From Planctomycetota bacterium (lineage in GTDB: Bacteria; Planctomycetota; UBA1135; UBA2386): a DNA stretch of 64,000 nt. The translations under genes and the position numbers were made by a program. The notes beneath the pieces were generated by a model, which did not search any database, was not told the origin of the DNA, and worked only from the letters and a program-made list of their open reading frames with translations. Numbering within the stretch: position 1 is the first letter of the stretch; each line of letters starts with the position of its first letter. Positions 27,078 to 36,355 of this stretch are shown one piece after another. The stretch is taken from assembly GCA_046290465.1 (NCBI GenBank), contig JBKAGP010000001.1, forward strand, positions 5,792,001 to 5,856,000, in the 5' to 3' direction.

Positions 27078-28747
27078 CCGAAACCCCGTTCTCGTTCCCC
27101 TCTTCGTGGCGCTGGCTCGACCGGCCGCCGCTGCGCCTCGACACCGGCCTGCAGGGCCACGTCGCGGTCGTGCTCTACTGGCGGGTCGGCTGCGCGCACA
27201 GCCGGGCGGCGTTGAGCGAGCTGGCGCTGGCGAGCCTGCGCGAGCGGGACCGCGCCGTCGCGTTCGTTGCGGTGCACGTGCCGGTGGAGCCGGGCGAGGA
27301 GGACGACGAGCGCGTCCGGCGCCAGCTGGCGCAGCTGCCGGCGCCGCTGGTCGCCGCCGTCGCGGCCGATGCGGACGAGGTCGACCGGCTGCCGACGATG
27401 GTGCTCGTCGATGCCGCCGGGGTCGTGCAGGCACGTGCACCGGGGGTGCCCCGTCGCCGGCGCCTTCGCGAAGCGGTCGGGGCCCTGTGCCGGCAGGCCG
27501 ACGAGTCCGGCCAGGCGGCGCTGGTGCCGTTCGTGCCGCACGAGACCGGCTCGCGCGGTGGCCTGCGCGCGATCGCGGCGGCGCACGACGGCGAACGGCT
27601 GTGGCTGGCGAGCGCCGGCCAGCGCCGCGTGCTCGCCGTCGACGGCGACGGCAACGTGACCCACAGCTTCGGGTCGGGCGCCTGGGGCAAGCAGGACGGC
27701 GACGCCGCGTCGTGCTCGTTCGCGCTGCCCGCGGCGCTGTGCGTGCACGACGGCTTCGTCGCGGTCGCCGACGCGCAGACCCACGTGCTGCGCGCGATCG
27801 ACGCCGGCAACGGCGACGTGACCACCTGGGTCGGCACCGGCCAGTTCGGGGCCGACGACGTCGGCGGCGGCTACGGTTCCGACCAGCCGCTGTGCAGCCC
27901 GGCCGGCATGGTCAGCCACGACGGCGGCCTGTACCTGTGCCAGACGGGCGTCGAGCAGCTCTGGCAGGTGGACCCGATGACCGGCGCCGCGATGGCCTGG
28001 CTCGGCGCCAACTACGGTGGCGAGGAGTTCCGCCAGCCGGTCGCGCTGGCGCAGGTGGACGACCAGCTGTGGCTGTGCGAGGCGGGCGCCGGAGCGCTGA
28101 CCTGCGTCGACCTCGCCCACGTCGAGGTCCGCGAGCGCCGCTCCGGCATGCAGCGACCCACCGGCGTCGCGGTGGTCGGGGAGCGGATCTTCGTCGCCGA
28201 CGCCGGCCGCGGCGAGGTGCTCGAACGCATCGCCGCCGAGGCGGGCTTGCGCCGCTGCTTCGGTCCGGACGACGGCCTGCGCGAGCCGGTCGCGCTCGCC
28301 AGCGACGGCGAGCGCCTGTTCGTCGTCGACGCGGCGGCCGACCGGGTGTTCGTCGCGACCGTCGGTGAGTCGTTGGGGCCGCTGCAGCCGTTCGAACTGC
28401 ACGGCCTGCCGGAGCCGGCGCGGCTGCGCAGCGGCCCGCGCGCGATGGTGGCGCGGCCATGCCACCTCGCTGAGCACAGCGACGTCACCCTGACGATCGC
28501 GCTGCCGGGCCAGGACGGCGAGACGGTGGTCGTCGACGTCGTCGACGAGGCCGACCCGGTGCTGGCGGTGCCGCGCGACACCGTGGTCGAAGTCCGCGGT
28601 GGCCGCATCGAGGTGCTGCTGCCGATCGCCGAAGGGCTGCTCGGCGCGCTGCGCATCCGCGTGCAGGTCGCCGGCCGCACGCGGCACTACGTGCTGCCGG
28701 TCACGGTCGGGACGGACGGCGCCACCGAGGCCGAACTGGTCGTCTGA
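27074..28747 (+). CDS. Thioredoxin-like + NHL-repeat beta-propeller protein (NHLRC2/SOQ1-like architecture)
   Basis: N-terminal GHVAVVLYWRVGCAHS...VAVHVP...LPTMVLVD. NHL repeats VADAQTHVLRAID, IFVADAG, LFVVDAAADRV. GTGA overlap with glpD. Confidence 0.8.
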   Translation: MTETPFSFPSSWRWLDRPPLRLDTGLQGHVAVVLYWRVGCAHSRAALSELALASLRERDRAVAFVAVHVPVEPGEEDDERVRRQLAQLPAPLVAAVAADADEVDRLPTMVLVDAAGVVQARAPGVPRRRRLREAVGALCRQADESGQAALVPFVPHETGSRGGLRAIAAAHDGERLWLASAGQRRVLAVDGDGNVTHSFGSGAWGKQDGDAASCSFALPAALCVHDGFVAVADAQTHVLRAIDAGNGDVTTWVGTGQFGADDVGGGYGSDQPLCSPAGMVSHDGGLYLCQTGVEQLWQVDPMTGAAMAWLGANYGGEEFRQPVALAQVDDQLWLCEAGAGALTCVDLAHVEVRERRSGMQRPTGVAVVGERIFVADAGRGEVLERIAAEAGLRRCFGPDDGLREPVALASDGERLFVVDAAADRVFVATVGESLGPLQPFELHGLPEPARLRSGPRAMVARPCHLAEHSDVTLTIALPGQDGETVVVDVVDEADPVLAVPRDTVVEVRGGRIEVLLPIAEGLLGALRIRVQVAGRTRHYVLPVTVGTDGATEAELVV

Positions 28748-28868
28748 CGCCGGCGTCGGTGCCGGCGCCCACGCCCTGGTGGGACCCGGTGGATACATCT
28801 GTGTGCAATGCGCGTAGTTTGCGTTCACGCGGAGCGCGGGTGAGCAACGCACCCGCACGCCCCTCCGC

Positions 28869-29576
28869 ATGCTCGCCTTCCAGGACCCAACGAGCGGCGC
28901 GTGGCAACAGCTGCGCGACGCCTTCGACCGCACCGGCTACGACTCTGCGCTGACCCTCGCGGTCTACCTCGTCGCCGGTGGTCTGCTCGCCTTCTACGTG
29001 CGGTTGCTCTACCGCCGCACCAGCCGCAACCCGTCGGCGGACTCGGTGGCGCGGGTGTTCCCGCTGCTGACGCTGGTCACGATCGCGGTGATCTCGGTCG
29101 TCAAGGCGTCGCTGTCGCTGTCGCTCGGCCTGGTCGGGGCGCTGTCGATCGTGCGCTTCCGCGCCGCGATCAAGGACCCCGAAGAGCTGGTCTACCTGTT
29201 CTTGTGCATCGGCATCGGCCTGTCGCTCGGCGCCGCGCAGCCGTGGATCGCGATCTCGCTGGTGGTCGCCGCGACGCTGTTCGTGCTGGTGTTCGAACGG
29301 TTCGGCCGCGGCCATCAGGCCGCCGAGGCGTTCGTCACGGTGGTCGGTCCGGCCGGCCGCTTCGTCGGCGACGGACCCGACACGGCGCTCGCGGTCGTCG
29401 ACGACTTGTGCAGCGCCGTCGTCGTGCAGCGCTGCGACCTCGACGGCGACGAGGGCCAGCTGCGGGCGCAGGTCCGGGCGGCACGCGGCCTGCAGACGCA
29501 GCGGCTGATCACCGCGCTGCGGGGGCGGCTGCCCGACTGCCAGGTCTCCTACGTGGATGCGGGGGCGCTCTCGTAG
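28869..29576 (+). CDS. DUF4956-like membrane protein (VTC-associated)
   Basis: SLSLSLGLVGALSIVRFRAAIKDPEELVYLFLCIGIGL signature, several TM segments, ACT-like C-terminal domain. Confidence 0.88.
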   Translation: MLAFQDPTSGAWQQLRDAFDRTGYDSALTLAVYLVAGGLLAFYVRLLYRRTSRNPSADSVARVFPLLTLVTIAVISVVKASLSLSLGLVGALSIVRFRAAIKDPEELVYLFLCIGIGLSLGAAQPWIAISLVVAATLFVLVFERFGRGHQAAEAFVTVVGPAGRFVGDGPDTALAVVDDLCSAVVVQRCDLDGDEGQLRAQVRAARGLQTQRLITALRGRLPDCQVSYVDAGALS

Positions 29577-30298
29577 TGGTCGCGGTCACCCTGCACGACG
29601 AGGCCGCACAGCGGGCCGACCTGGCGCGTCGCGGCGAGACCAAGTACGCGTTCCGCCGCCACGACGTCGCGACCCTGCGCGCGATGTTGCGGCGGTTCGC
29701 CGATCCGATCGTCTACGCCGACCACGTCTCGACGGTGCGCAGCGCCTACTTCGACGACCTCCGCCTCGGCTCGTGCTACGCCAACCTCGACGGCCTCGGC
29801 GTGCGCAACAAGTTCCGGGTGCGCTGGTACGACCGCGAACGGCCCGACGGCGACTGCTGGTTCGAGATCAAGTGGCGCAACAGCCTCGCGACCGGCAAGC
29901 ATCGCTTCCGGATCCCCGAGGGTGCGGTGCTGGCGCGCACGCCGCTGTGGCGGTGGCCGCGGGCGCTGCGCGCGGCGGTGCCGGAGCGCTTCGGCAGGCT
30001 GCTCGAGAAGATGCAGCAAGCCGTCACGGTGGTCGAGTACCGCCGGGAGCACTTCGCGCTCGGCGACGCCCGGCTGACGCTCGACTACGACCTCCGCTTC
30101 TACCCGCTGCTCGGCTGCCGCGACCTGACGCTGCGCTTCGCCGAGCGCCTGCCTTCGTTCGCGCTGGTCGAGTGCAAGGGACCGCTCGACGGTTCCCGCC
30201 GCGAGCAACGCGTGCTGCGACCGCTCGGCGCGCGCGCGGTGCGCTTCTCCAAGTACGTGACCGCCTGCCAGCGGCTCGGCTACGCCGCCGACATCTAG
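29576..30298 (+). CDS. VTC-domain polyphosphate polymerase (CYTH/TTM fold)
   Basis: RGETKY, VRSAYFD, RNKFRVRWY, FEIKWR, VEYRREHF, RLTLD, LVECK, FSKY. The GTG start overlaps the upstream TAG. Confidence 0.88.
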   Translation: MVAVTLHDEAAQRADLARRGETKYAFRRHDVATLRAMLRRFADPIVYADHVSTVRSAYFDDLRLGSCYANLDGLGVRNKFRVRWYDRERPDGDCWFEIKWRNSLATGKHRFRIPEGAVLARTPLWRWPRALRAAVPERFGRLLEKMQQAVTVVEYRREHFALGDARLTLDYDLRFYPLLGCRDLTLRFAERLPSFALVECKGPLDGSRREQRVLRPLGARAVRFSKYVTACQRLGYAADI

Positions 30299-30315
30299 AT
30301 CCGACCTCCGACACC

Positions 30316-32712
30316 ATGAGCATCCGAACCCCCGTCCTGTTCCTGTTCGCAGCCGCATGTGCGGTGTCCGCATTGCCCGCGCAAGGGCGCCGCGGCCGGC
30401 GTGGCCCGCCACGGTCCCCGGTGTTCGAGGCGATCGACATCGACGGCGACCAGCAGGTCTCCGGCGAGGAGATGGACGAGGCGGTGCGTTCCCTGCTGAC
30501 CCTGGATCGCGACGGCGACGGCAACCTGACCACCGAAGAACTGGCGCCGCAGGGCGGCGGCCGCGGGTTCGGGGGGCCGCCGGGCATGTTCGGCATGGAC
30601 CCGCTGCTGCGGGCGCTCGACAAGGATGGCGACGGCGAACTGTTCGAGGACGAGGTCACCGACGCACCCCGGTCGCTCGACCGGCTCGACCGCGACGACG
30701 ACGACGTGCTGACGCGGGCAGAACTCGAAGGAGATCGCGACCGAGGTGGCTTCCCGGGCGGCTTCCCCGGCGGCGGGCGCGGCGGCTTCGGTCGCGGTGG
30801 TCGCGGCGACGGCGGCGGCTACGACGGAACGCCGACGCCCGAGCAGCTGCGGCCCGAAGACGGTCGCGCCACCGTGCCCGATCGCGCGACGTTCCAGGAG
30901 CTGTCGTACCAGGGCAAGGAGGTGATGATCGACACGCACCTCGCCGACCAGGAGTTCGTCAAGTTCCAGATCGAGGACGCGGCCGGCGATGCGCCGCGGC
31001 TGTACTTCATGAACACCAAGAAGCACCGCGCGCACCCGATGTTCATGCAGCTGATTGGCGTCGGTGGCCGCGGTGGCTTCGGCGGCCGCAGCGAGGGCGG
31101 CGACGTGCGCATGCGCGGCGTGCTGGTCTACCGGCCGACGCTGATGTCCCCGAGCAGCAGGCCCGGGCTCTACACGTTCGAGTTCGAACCGAACGACGCA
31201 TACGAGTACGACATGATCCGGATCGCGTTCGACCTGCTCAGCGAGAAGTCGGCCGAACTGCGCGGCAACCTGGCCTACAACCTGCTGACGCTGGCCGCGC
31301 GGCAATACGAGAAGGACAAGGCGGACTACGACCGCACGGGCCTGCCGGTGTTCCGTCCCGACGACGTCTATGGCGAGGTCGCGTTCCTGCCGCTGCACCG
31401 GGCGGAGTCATTCGGCCGGCTGCGCTTGATGCAGCAGGGCGAGCGGCCGTCGCAGCGCGACATCGTGATCTACCGCACGCTGCCCAACGAGATGCCGCGC
31501 GTCGCCGGCGTGCTGACCGCGGTCCGGCAGACGCCGCTGTCGCACGTCAACCTGCGGGCGGTCCAGGACGACGTGCCGAACGCGTTCGTGCACGGGATCG
31601 CCGACGATGCCGCCGTGCAGCGGCTGCTCGGCAAGTTCGTGCGCTACGCCGTGACCGACGGTGGCTACGAGCTGCGCGAGGCGAGCCAGCAGGAGGTCGA
31701 CGCGCACTTCGAGGCGCTGCGCCCGCAGCAAGAACAGGTGCCGCCGCGCGACCTGTCGGTGCGCGAGGTGCGGCCGTTCTCGGCGATCGGCTTCGACGAC
31801 TCGACGAGCTTCGGCGTCAAGGCGTCGAACCTCGCCACCCTGCGCACGTTCGGGTTCTCGGACGGCCGCACGCCGGACGGCTACGCGGTGCCGTTCGCGT
31901 TCTACGACGCGTTCATGAAGCACAACCGCTTCTACGAGATGGCGCGCACGATGATGGCGACGGGCGACTTCCAGCGGGATCCGGAGACGCGCGAACGCGC
32001 GCTGAAGGAGTTCCGCAAGAAGATCAAGAAGGGCGACCTGCCCAAGTGGATGGCGGATGCCCTGGCCGACGTGCAGGGCCGCTTCGCGCCGGACCAGCCG
32101 ATCCGCTGCCGATCGTCGACCAACAACGAGGACCTGCCCGGATTCAGTGGCGCCGGTCTCTACGACTCGTTCACGCACAAGCCGGACGAGGGCCACCTCG
32201 GCAAGTCGATCCGCCAGGTGTTCGCGAGCCTGTGGAACTTCCGCGCCTACGAGGAGCGTGAGTTCCACCGCATCGACCACCTGCAGGCTGCGATGGGCGT
32301 CGTGCTGCACGCCAACCAGAAGCTCGAGCAGGTCAACGGCGTCGCCGTGACCAAGGACGTGCTCTACAAGGCGCAGCATCCGGACCTGCGGCTCTACTAC
32401 GTCAACGCGCAGGTCGGCGAGGATCTGGTCACCAACCCCGATGCCGAGTCGGTGCCGGAGGAACTGCTGCTGTCGCCGCGCAACCCCCGGCGCGATCGCG
32501 TGCTGCAGCACAGCAACCGCGTCGACGGCGACGCGTCGGTGCTGTCGCAGGCGCACCGGCAGGAACTGCGGCGCTGCATGCGCCAGCTGCACGACCGCTT
32601 CGCGCGCCTTTACGGCCGCGGCGACGACCCCGACTTCGCGATGGAGATCGAGTTCAAGGTCACCCGCCACGGCGAACTGCTGATCAAGCAGGCGCGGCCG
32701 TGGATCGAGTAG
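30316..32712 (+). CDS. Exported EF-hand + phospho-His swivel + PEP/pyruvate-binding (PPDK_N ATP-grasp) domain protein
   Basis: Signal peptide. Four EF-hand loops (DIDGDQQVSGEE, DRDGDGNLTTEE, DKDGDGELFEDE, DRDDDDVLTRAE). AGVLT...TPLSHVNL swivel motif. ATP-grasp motifs FGVKASNL, RSSTNNEDLPGFSGAGLYDS, VFASLWN, EIEFK, KQARP. Confidence 0.85.
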   Translation: MSIRTPVLFLFAAACAVSALPAQGRRGRRGPPRSPVFEAIDIDGDQQVSGEEMDEAVRSLLTLDRDGDGNLTTEELAPQGGGRGFGGPPGMFGMDPLLRALDKDGDGELFEDEVTDAPRSLDRLDRDDDDVLTRAELEGDRDRGGFPGGFPGGGRGGFGRGGRGDGGGYDGTPTPEQLRPEDGRATVPDRATFQELSYQGKEVMIDTHLADQEFVKFQIEDAAGDAPRLYFMNTKKHRAHPMFMQLIGVGGRGGFGGRSEGGDVRMRGVLVYRPTLMSPSSRPGLYTFEFEPNDAYEYDMIRIAFDLLSEKSAELRGNLAYNLLTLAARQYEKDKADYDRTGLPVFRPDDVYGEVAFLPLHRAESFGRLRLMQQGERPSQRDIVIYRTLPNEMPRVAGVLTAVRQTPLSHVNLRAVQDDVPNAFVHGIADDAAVQRLLGKFVRYAVTDGGYELREASQQEVDAHFEALRPQQEQVPPRDLSVREVRPFSAIGFDDSTSFGVKASNLATLRTFGFSDGRTPDGYAVPFAFYDAFMKHNRFYEMARTMMATGDFQRDPETRERALKEFRKKIKKGDLPKWMADALADVQGRFAPDQPIRCRSSTNNEDLPGFSGAGLYDSFTHKPDEGHLGKSIRQVFASLWNFRAYEEREFHRIDHLQAAMGVVLHANQKLEQVNGVAVTKDVLYKAQHPDLRLYYVNAQVGEDLVTNPDAESVPEELLLSPRNPRRDRVLQHSNRVDGDASVLSQAHRQELRRCMRQLHDRFARLYGRGDDPDFAMEIEFKVTRHGELLIKQARPWIE

Positions 32713-32719
32713 GGCGCGG

Positions 32720-33847
32720 TCAGCGGACGGCGCGGTAGCTGCCGTCCGGAGCCAGCAGCGTGAAGGCGGCGCGCCTTTCCGGGCGCAGCGAGCCGAACCC
32801 GTCGGCGCCGAGCAGGCGCGCGGGGTTGGTGCTGGCCAGGCGCGCCAGGGTCCACGGGCCGGCGTCGGGCACGAACGTCAAGAAGTTGTGCGCGGCCTGG
32901 GCCATCGTCAGCGCCGAACCGGCGAGGTTGCCCTGCGCATCGCGCACCACCCCGTCGGTCGCGGTGACCTCCATGCCCGACAGCGTGTAGGTGCCGTTCG
33001 GCATGCCGGCCGCTCCGACGGCGTCGGTGACCAGCGCCATCCGGTGGGCGCCGAGCAGCCGGAACGCGTTGCGCACCATCGTCGGCGAGACGTGCACGCC
33101 GTCGACGATCACCGGGCAGGTGACGCGGTCGTCGTCGAGCGCGAGCGCGGCGGGGCCGAGTTCGCGGTGGTGCAGGCGGCCCATCACGTTGAACAGGTGG
33201 GTGACCGCGGTCGCGCCGGCGTCGACGCAGGCCGCGAAGCCGTCGGGCCGGTCGCAGTGGCCGAGCGCGACGGTGGCGCCGGCCTCGACCAGACGGCGGG
33301 TCGCGTCGGCCGCACCTTCGGCGGCGTTGCCGAGCGTCACCAGCAGCTGGTGGCCGTCCGCCGCGGCGAGCAGCTCGTCGACCCGTTCGGGCGTCGGCGC
33401 GACGAAGCACGCGGGGTCGTGCGCGCCGGGCGTCGTCAGGAACGGCCCCTCGACGTGCAGGCCGAGCGGCTCGGCGCCGCGGCCCGACCACGACCCGATC
33501 CAACTCGCGACGTCCCGCACCTGCTGCAGCAGACGGGACCATGGCGCCGTGATCAGGGTCGGCAGGAACGCGACCGCGCCGCCCTGCCAGACCGCGTCGG
33601 CGACGACGTCGAGCGCGTCGGGCGTCGCTTCGTCGACGCTGCGGCCGCCGGCGCCGTTGACCTGCAGGTCGACGAAGCCCGGCAACAATGTGCCGCGCAG
33701 CTTCGTCGCGTCGGCACTGCCGGGCTGTTGGTCGATCGCGACGATCCGGCCGTCTTGCGCGGTGATCCTGGTGCCGGCCTGCACGACCTCGGGCAACACG
33801 GCGCGGTCGACGATCCACTCGCTGTCGTTCACGCTGCTGTCGTTCAC
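32720..33847 (-). CDS. nagA: N-acetylglucosamine-6-phosphate deacetylase
   Basis: PGFVDLQVNG, FLPTLIT, GLHVEGPF, GAHD, ALGH, THLFNVM, DGVHV, LVTDA, LAGS, NPA. Confidence 0.93.
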   Translation of the reverse strand: MNDSSVNDSEWIVDRAVLPEVVQAGTRITAQDGRIVAIDQQPGSADATKLRGTLLPGFVDLQVNGAGGRSVDEATPDALDVVADAVWQGGAVAFLPTLITAPWSRLLQQVRDVASWIGSWSGRGAEPLGLHVEGPFLTTPGAHDPACFVAPTPERVDELLAAADGHQLLVTLGNAAEGAADATRRLVEAGATVALGHCDRPDGFAACVDAGATAVTHLFNVMGRLHHRELGPAALALDDDRVTCPVIVDGVHVSPTMVRNAFRLLGAHRMALVTDAVGAAGMPNGTYTLSGMEVTATDGVVRDAQGNLAGSALTMAQAAHNFLTFVPDAGPWTLARLASTNPARLLGADGFGSLRPERRAAFTLLAPDGSYRAVR

Positions 33848-33911
33848 GCTGGCAGGGTAGATCGCCGAACGGCTCGTCGCCAGCGCGCGTCGGGCGTAGG
33901 ATCGCCGCCAC

Positions 33912-35453
33912 ATGCGAATCTCGCTGCAAGTATCGCTGGGACTGCTGCTGGCGTGCGGCGCGCTCGCGGGGTGGTTGCTGGGCTCGGTCGTTCCGGACGG
34001 GCTCGTCGCGCAGGTCCGGCGCGAGGTCGTCACGCAGCCGTTCCACCTGTCGCGCGTCGTCGACGTCACCGAAGGCCACTGGTTCTTCCTGCCGCAGCTG
34101 TGGGGGGACTTCGACCTGCAGATGGACCTCGAACTCGGCGAAGGGGTCGAGGTCGACGTGCTGCTGCGCCAGGTCGAGCCGCGCTTCGTCGACGAGGTCA
34201 AGCTGCCGTTCGCCGGACGCTTCGCGGCGCTGCGGGTCTCGACCGAAGGCGACGGCGCCGGCTGGCGCACCCGGGACGAAGCGCTGTTCGGGCCCAAGGG
34301 CGGCGGCGTCGGCGTCGAGCCGGGGCTGCCGTCGACGGTGTGGATCGAGGCGCGCGGAGGCACGCTGACCGCGAACGTCGGCGGCAAGCGCCAGGCCGCC
34401 TTCGAGGCAGACGACGTCTACGGCATGTTCGCGGTGCTCGCGCGCGGCGGCAAGGCGGTGATCCACCGGCTCGACATCCAGGCGCGCGCGGTGCCGGACC
34501 TGTGGCTGTGGCAGCGGTGGACCTGGCTCGGCTTCGGCGTCGCCGCGGCGCTGGGGGTCGCGGCGTTCACGGCGCTGCTGTCGCGGCAACGGCCGTTTGC
34601 GGCGGCCGGCGGCGCGATGTTGGGGCTGACCGCGTCGCTGGTGCACGGCGTCGAACTCGACCTGATGTTCCCCGACGTCGCGGGCATGGTGGTGCTGCTG
34701 GCCGCACCCGCGGCGGTCGCGGTGCTGGTCGGAGCGCTGCGCGGGCGCGCGCTGACGGCGGCGACGCTGCTGGTCGCGGCGGCGGTGGTGGCGCTGTGGT
34801 CGTTCGAAGAACGGGTCGCGCCGGCCGTCGCACGCACGCTCGGCGCGGTCGACAGCGGCGCGGTCGACGCGGTGTTCGGACCGGACTCGGGCGAGCAGCC
34901 GAGCCGCGCGTTGGGCATGCTGGTGCGGCAACCCAACGGTCTGGTCGATCCCGAGAAGCGCGGTCGGCGCGCGTTCCTGCTCGGAGGCGAGTGGCTCTAC
35001 AACCGCGGTGAGCCGGGCGAGCACGTCGGCCTGCAGCTGGCGGCGCTGCTCGGCGGTGCCTTCGGTGCCGGCGCCGACGCGCCGAGCCTGCCGACCGTCG
35101 ACGGCCACAGCAGCCAGCAGTGGCGGCTGTTCGACGGCTTCTTCCAGGGGTTCGCGCCCGACGTGCTGGTGTTCGGCGTCGGCGCCTCGGAGGCGGCGGT
35201 CGACGACGCCGGCGGCGCGCCGCGTTCGACCCCGGAGCGGTTCGCCGAGACGCTGCGGGAGGTGCGCGAGGACTGCCGCCGACGTGGCCGCGCGCTGGTG
35301 CTGTTCGCCGACGTCGGCACACCGCGCGGGTTCCGCGAGCAGCTGCGCGCGGCGGCGTCCGAGGACGTGCCGCTGGTCGAGCTGACCGACGAGATCCCGC
35401 GGCCCGAGGTCGCCCGCCGCCTGTTCGCCGCGATCCGGCCGCTGCTGCGATGA
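33912..35453 (+). CDS. Multi-TM membrane protein with N-terminal beta domain and C-terminal SGNH-like domain
   Basis: Signal or TM segment, central hydrophobic helices, C-terminal FLLGGE...DGHSSQQ...APDVLVFGVGASEA pattern. ATGA-coupled to the next gene. Confidence 0.65.
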   Translation: MRISLQVSLGLLLACGALAGWLLGSVVPDGLVAQVRREVVTQPFHLSRVVDVTEGHWFFLPQLWGDFDLQMDLELGEGVEVDVLLRQVEPRFVDEVKLPFAGRFAALRVSTEGDGAGWRTRDEALFGPKGGGVGVEPGLPSTVWIEARGGTLTANVGGKRQAAFEADDVYGMFAVLARGGKAVIHRLDIQARAVPDLWLWQRWTWLGFGVAAALGVAAFTALLSRQRPFAAAGGAMLGLTASLVHGVELDLMFPDVAGMVVLLAAPAAVAVLVGALRGRALTAATLLVAAAVVALWSFEERVAPAVARTLGAVDSGAVDAVFGPDSGEQPSRALGMLVRQPNGLVDPEKRGRRAFLLGGEWLYNRGEPGEHVGLQLAALLGGAFGAGADAPSLPTVDGHSSQQWRLFDGFFQGFAPDVLVFGVGASEAAVDDAGGAPRSTPERFAETLREVREDCRRRGRALVLFADVGTPRGFREQLRAAASEDVPLVELTDEIPRPEVARRLFAAIRPLLR

Positions 35454-36331
35454 GCGACGCTCCGGGCTTCGACGAACTGGTGCGGCTGGCGACCAGCGCC
35501 GATCCGGCCGAGGTCGACCGTGCGCACGAATACGCGCTGGTCCGGATGCGCGGCGACCGCCGGCTGCAGATCGTCGCCGCGATGGCCTACGACCGCATCC
35601 GCGTGCTGGCCGGCAGGCCACAGAAGTTCGGCACCCAGGCGATCGCCGACGGCGGCCGGCTGGTGCCGTGGCCGGTCGACCCGGCGACGACCGACACCGA
35701 GCGCGCCAAGTGGGGCGTCGCGACGCTGCAGCGGCTGCTCGAACGGATCGTCGAGGCCCCGATCGTCGACAAGGCAATGCTGCGCTCGCTGCTGCGCGCG
35801 CGGCGCCGGGCGGTCGACGACGTCGCGCGCCAGGCGGCCGCCGAACGGATCCGAGAGCACGGCCTCGCGACGTTCGGCAGCTGGTGCCAGGATCGGGTCG
35901 TCGCCGCCTATTGGCCGCTGCCCGACGAGGCCGACCCGCGGCCGCTGGCCCGGGCGCTCCGAGAACGGCACGGCGCGCGGCTCGCGCTGCCGGTCGTCGA
36001 CGGCGAGCACCTGACGTTCCGGGCGTGGCGCGATGACGCGGAGCTCCGTCCGGCCGGCTTCGGCACGCTCGGGCCGGCGCCGGTCGCAACCGAGCTGCAG
36101 CCCGACGTGGTGCTGGCGCCGTTGGTCGGCCTCGATGCGCGCGGCGGCCGGATCGGCCAGGGCAAGGGCTTCTACGACCGGGCCACGGCGCGGCTCGACC
36201 AGGGACCGGGCGTGCGCGTCGTCGGGGTCGCGTTCGCCTGCCAGCTGCTGCCGGCGGTGCCGACCGAGGTGCACGACCGACGCCTCGACGGCTACGTCAC
36301 CGAGGCCGGCGCGACCGCGTTGTCCCGCTGA
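35450..36331 (+). CDS. 5-formyltetrahydrofolate cyclo-ligase with extra N-terminal (DUF6624-like) domain
   Basis: C-terminal part DKAMLR...AAYWPLPDEADP, LALPVV, DVVLAPLVGLDARGGRIGQGKGFYDR, HDRRLDGYVTE. N-terminal AMAYDRIRVLAGRPQKFGTQ...TDTERAKWGV. Confidence 0.88.
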   Translation: MSDAPGFDELVRLATSADPAEVDRAHEYALVRMRGDRRLQIVAAMAYDRIRVLAGRPQKFGTQAIADGGRLVPWPVDPATTDTERAKWGVATLQRLLERIVEAPIVDKAMLRSLLRARRRAVDDVARQAAAERIREHGLATFGSWCQDRVVAAYWPLPDEADPRPLARALRERHGARLALPVVDGEHLTFRAWRDDAELRPAGFGTLGPAPVATELQPDVVLAPLVGLDARGGRIGQGKGFYDRATARLDQGPGVRVVGVAFACQLLPAVPTEVHDRRLDGYVTEAGATALSR

Positions 36332-36355
36332 CGGTCGCGTCCTGCCCTGACCGCC

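Noticed and set aside
33821..33850. 15-bp tandem duplication at the nagA start (VNDSS VNDSE)
   Set aside because: It is a trivial in-frame micro-duplication that only makes the start ambiguous.
35400..35460. 6S RNA upstream of the cyclo-ligase (ssrS-ygfA arrangement)
   Set aside because: There is no intergenic space, because the gene overlaps the upstream CDS via ATGA.
32610..36089. 1159-aa minus-strand ORF
   Set aside because: It is a low-complexity Arg/Ala shadow frame overlapping nagA and two + strand genes.
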